Positions 61,301 to 64,000 of a DNA stretch of 64,000 nt are shown here, piece by piece. A program made the translations under genes and the position numbers. How positions within the stretch are numbered: the stretch's first letter is position 1; each line of letters begins with the position of its first letter. The notes below the pieces were generated by a model. The model had not been told where the DNA came from. It ran no database searches and saw only the letters and a program-made list of their open reading frames with translations. Location of the stretch: NCBI GenBank assembly GCA_964057225.1, contig OZ059894.1:12710001-12774000 (forward strand), written 5' to 3'. Origin of the DNA: Auanema rhodensis (Eukaryota; Animalia; Nematoda).

Positions 61301-64000
61301 GGAAATTATTGTAAAAATATGAGATTGTTTCAAAATACGTGATTAAATGAAGAAAATGGAGCAAAATGAATTGGAAAATTATAAAATATTTTCATGTTTT
61401 ATTTCTTGAGTATCAAAATATTTAAACTTTTTTTTTTCACTGTTTAAAATCTTACAGAACGAATGAATTGTTTCAAAACTATTGTAAAAATTTGAGATTG
61501 TTTCAAAATTTGTGATTAAATGAAGAAAATGGAGTAAAATGAATTGGAAAATTATAAAATATTTCCATGTTTTATTTTCTTAGTATCAGAAAATTCAAAT
61601 TAAGATCGTTTTTAATGTTTCAAATCTTAATGAACGAATGAATTGTTTCAAAACTATTGTAAAAATATGAGATTGTTTCAAAATACGTGATTAAATGAAG
61701 AAAATGGAGTAAAATGAATTGGAAAATTATAAAATATTTCCATGTTTTATTTTCTTAGTATCAGAAAATTCAAATTAAGATCGTTTTTAATGTTTCAAAT
61801 CTTAATGAACGAATGAATTGTTTCAAAACTATTGTAAAAATATGAGATTAATTCAAAATACGTGATTAAATGAAGAAAATGGAGTAAAATGAATTGGAAA
61901 ATTATAAAATATTTTCATGTTTTATTTCTTGAGTTTCAAAATATTCAAACTTTTTTTTTTCACTGTTTAAAATCTTAATGAACGAATGAATTGTTTCAAA
62001 ACTATTGTAAAAATATGAGATTGTTTCAAAATACGTGATTAAATGAAGAAAATGGAGTAAAATGAATTGGAAAATTATAAAATATTTTCATGTTTTATTT
62101 CTTGAGTTTCAAAATATTCAAACTTTTTTTTTTCACTGTTTAAAATCTTAATTAACGAATGAATTGTTTCAAAACTATTGTAAAAATATGAGATTGTTTC
62201 AAAATACGTGATTAAATGAAGAAAATGGAGTAAAATGAATTGGAAAATTATAAAATATTTCCATGTTTTATTTTTATAGTATCAGAAAATTCAAATTAAG
62301 ATCGTTTTTAATGTTTCAAATCTCAATGAACGAATGAATTGTTTCAAAACTATTGTAAAAATATGAGATTGTTTCAAAATACGTGATTAAATGAAGAAAA
62401 TGGAGCAAAATGAATTGGAAAATTATAAAATATTTTCATGTTTTATTTCTTGAGTATCAAAATATTTAAACTTTTTTTTTTCACTGTTTAAAATCTTAAT
62501 GAACGAATGAATTGTTTCAAAACTATTGTAAAAATATGAGATTGTTTCAAAATACGTGATTAAATGAAGAAAATGGAGTAAAATGAATTGGAAAATTATA
62601 AAATATTTTCATGTTTTATTTCTTGAGTTTCAAAATATTCAAACTTTTTTTTTTCACTGTTTAAAGTCTTACAGAACGAATGAATTGTTTCAAAACTATT
62701 GTAAAAATTTGAGATTGTTTCAAAATACGTGATTAAATGAAGAAAATGGAGTAAAATGAATTGGAAAATTATAAAATATTTCCATGTTTTATTTTCTTAG
62801 TATCAGAAAATTCGAATTAAGATCGTTTTCAATGTTTCAAATCTTAATGAACGAATTAATTGTTTCAAAACTATTGTAAAAATATGAGATTGTTTCAAAA
62901 TACGTGATTAAATGAAGAAAATGGAGTAAAATGAATTGGAAAATTATAAAATATTTCCATGTTTTATTTTCTTAGTATCAGAAAATTCAAATTAAGATCG
63001 TTTTCAATGTTTCAAATCTTAATGAACGAATTAATCGTTTCAAAACTATTGTAAAAATATGAGATTGTTTCAAAATACGTGATTAAATGAAGAAAATGGA
63101 GTAAAATGAATTGGAAAATTATAAAATATTTTCATGTTTTATTTCTTGAGTTTCAAAATATTCAAACTTTTTTTTTTCACTGTTTAAAATCTTAATTAAC
63201 GAATGAATTGTTTCAAAACTATTGTAAAAATATGAGATTGTTTCAAAATACGTGATTAAATGAAGAAAATGGAGTAAAATGAATTGGAAAATTATAAAAT
63301 ATTTTCATGTTTTATTTCTTGAGTTTCAAAATATTCAAACTTTTTTTTTTCACTGTTTAAAATCTTACAGAACGAATGAATTGTTTCAAAACTATTGTAA
63401 AAATTTGAGATTGTTTCAAAATACGTGATTAAATGAAGAAAATGGAGTAAAATGAATTGGAAAATTATAAAATATTTCCATGTTTTATTTTCTTAGTATC
63501 AGAAAATTCGAATTAAGATCGTTTTCAATGTTTCAAATCTTAATGAACGAATTAATTGTTTCAAAACTATTGTAAAAATATGAGATTGTTTCAAAATACG
63601 TGATTAAATGAAGAAAATGGAGTAAAATGAATTGGAAAATTATAAAATATTTCCATGTTTTATTTTCTTAGTATCAGAAAATTCAAATTAAGATCGTTTT
63701 CAATGTTTCAAATCTTAATGAACGAATTAATCGTTTCAAAACTATTGTAAAAATATGAGATTGTTTCAAAATACGTGATTAAATGAAGAAAATAGAGTAA
63801 AATGAATTGGAATATTATAAAATATTTTCATGTTTTATTTCTTGAGTATCAAAATATTCAAACTTTTTTTTTTCACTGTTTAAAATCTTAATGAACGAAT
63901 GAATTGTTTCAAAACTATTGTAAAAATATGAGATTGTTTCAAAATACGTGATTAAATGAAGGAAATGGAGTAAAATGAATTGGAAAATTATAAAATATTT
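25275..64000. repeat. AT-rich tandem satellite array, ~174-bp monomer (right arm, ~222 monomers, runs off the window)
   Basis: Same monomer and orientation as the left arm. Periods measured directly: 37148->37321 = 173 (type A), 37321->37496 = 175 (type B), 39584->39759 = 175 (type C). Confidence 0.99.

Noticed and set aside
1-64000. CRISPR-like pattern of constant repeat plus variable spacer
   Set aside because: The variable segments fall into only three related, recurring types, the constant part is ~110 bp, there are no cas genes and the context is eukaryotic. This is satellite DNA.

Overview
The window is a eukaryotic AT-rich satellite array of 172-175 bp monomers (mean ~174) covering 1-16583 and 25275-64000. 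One ~8.7 kb Bel/Pao (Belpaoviridae) LTR retroelement interrupts it at 16584-25274 on the + strand. The element has a complete 5' LTR (16584-17442, TGT...ACA) and a tRNA-Gly-like primer binding site (PBS). A single uninterrupted 2635-codon ORF encodes Gag (3 zinc knuckles), protease, RT (YVDN), RNase H and integrase, followed in frame by a phlebovirus-like envelope: a very short, apparently headless Gn and a full class II fusion protein Gc. This architecture matches nematode endogenous belpaoviruses of the Cer7/Cer13/Atlas type, so the host is inferred to be a nematode. After Gc comes a further signal-peptide-like segment and an unassigned helical domain that is cut off. The polypurine tract and 3' LTR are missing, and the ORF ends on satellite-derived codons. 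A 31-bp satellite duplication flanks the insert, and the order of satellite variants is preserved across it (empty-site paralogues at 8414 and 11368). The satellite has three main monomer types arranged in variable-length higher-order blocks. All domain calls come from motif recognition by eye; no searches were run.
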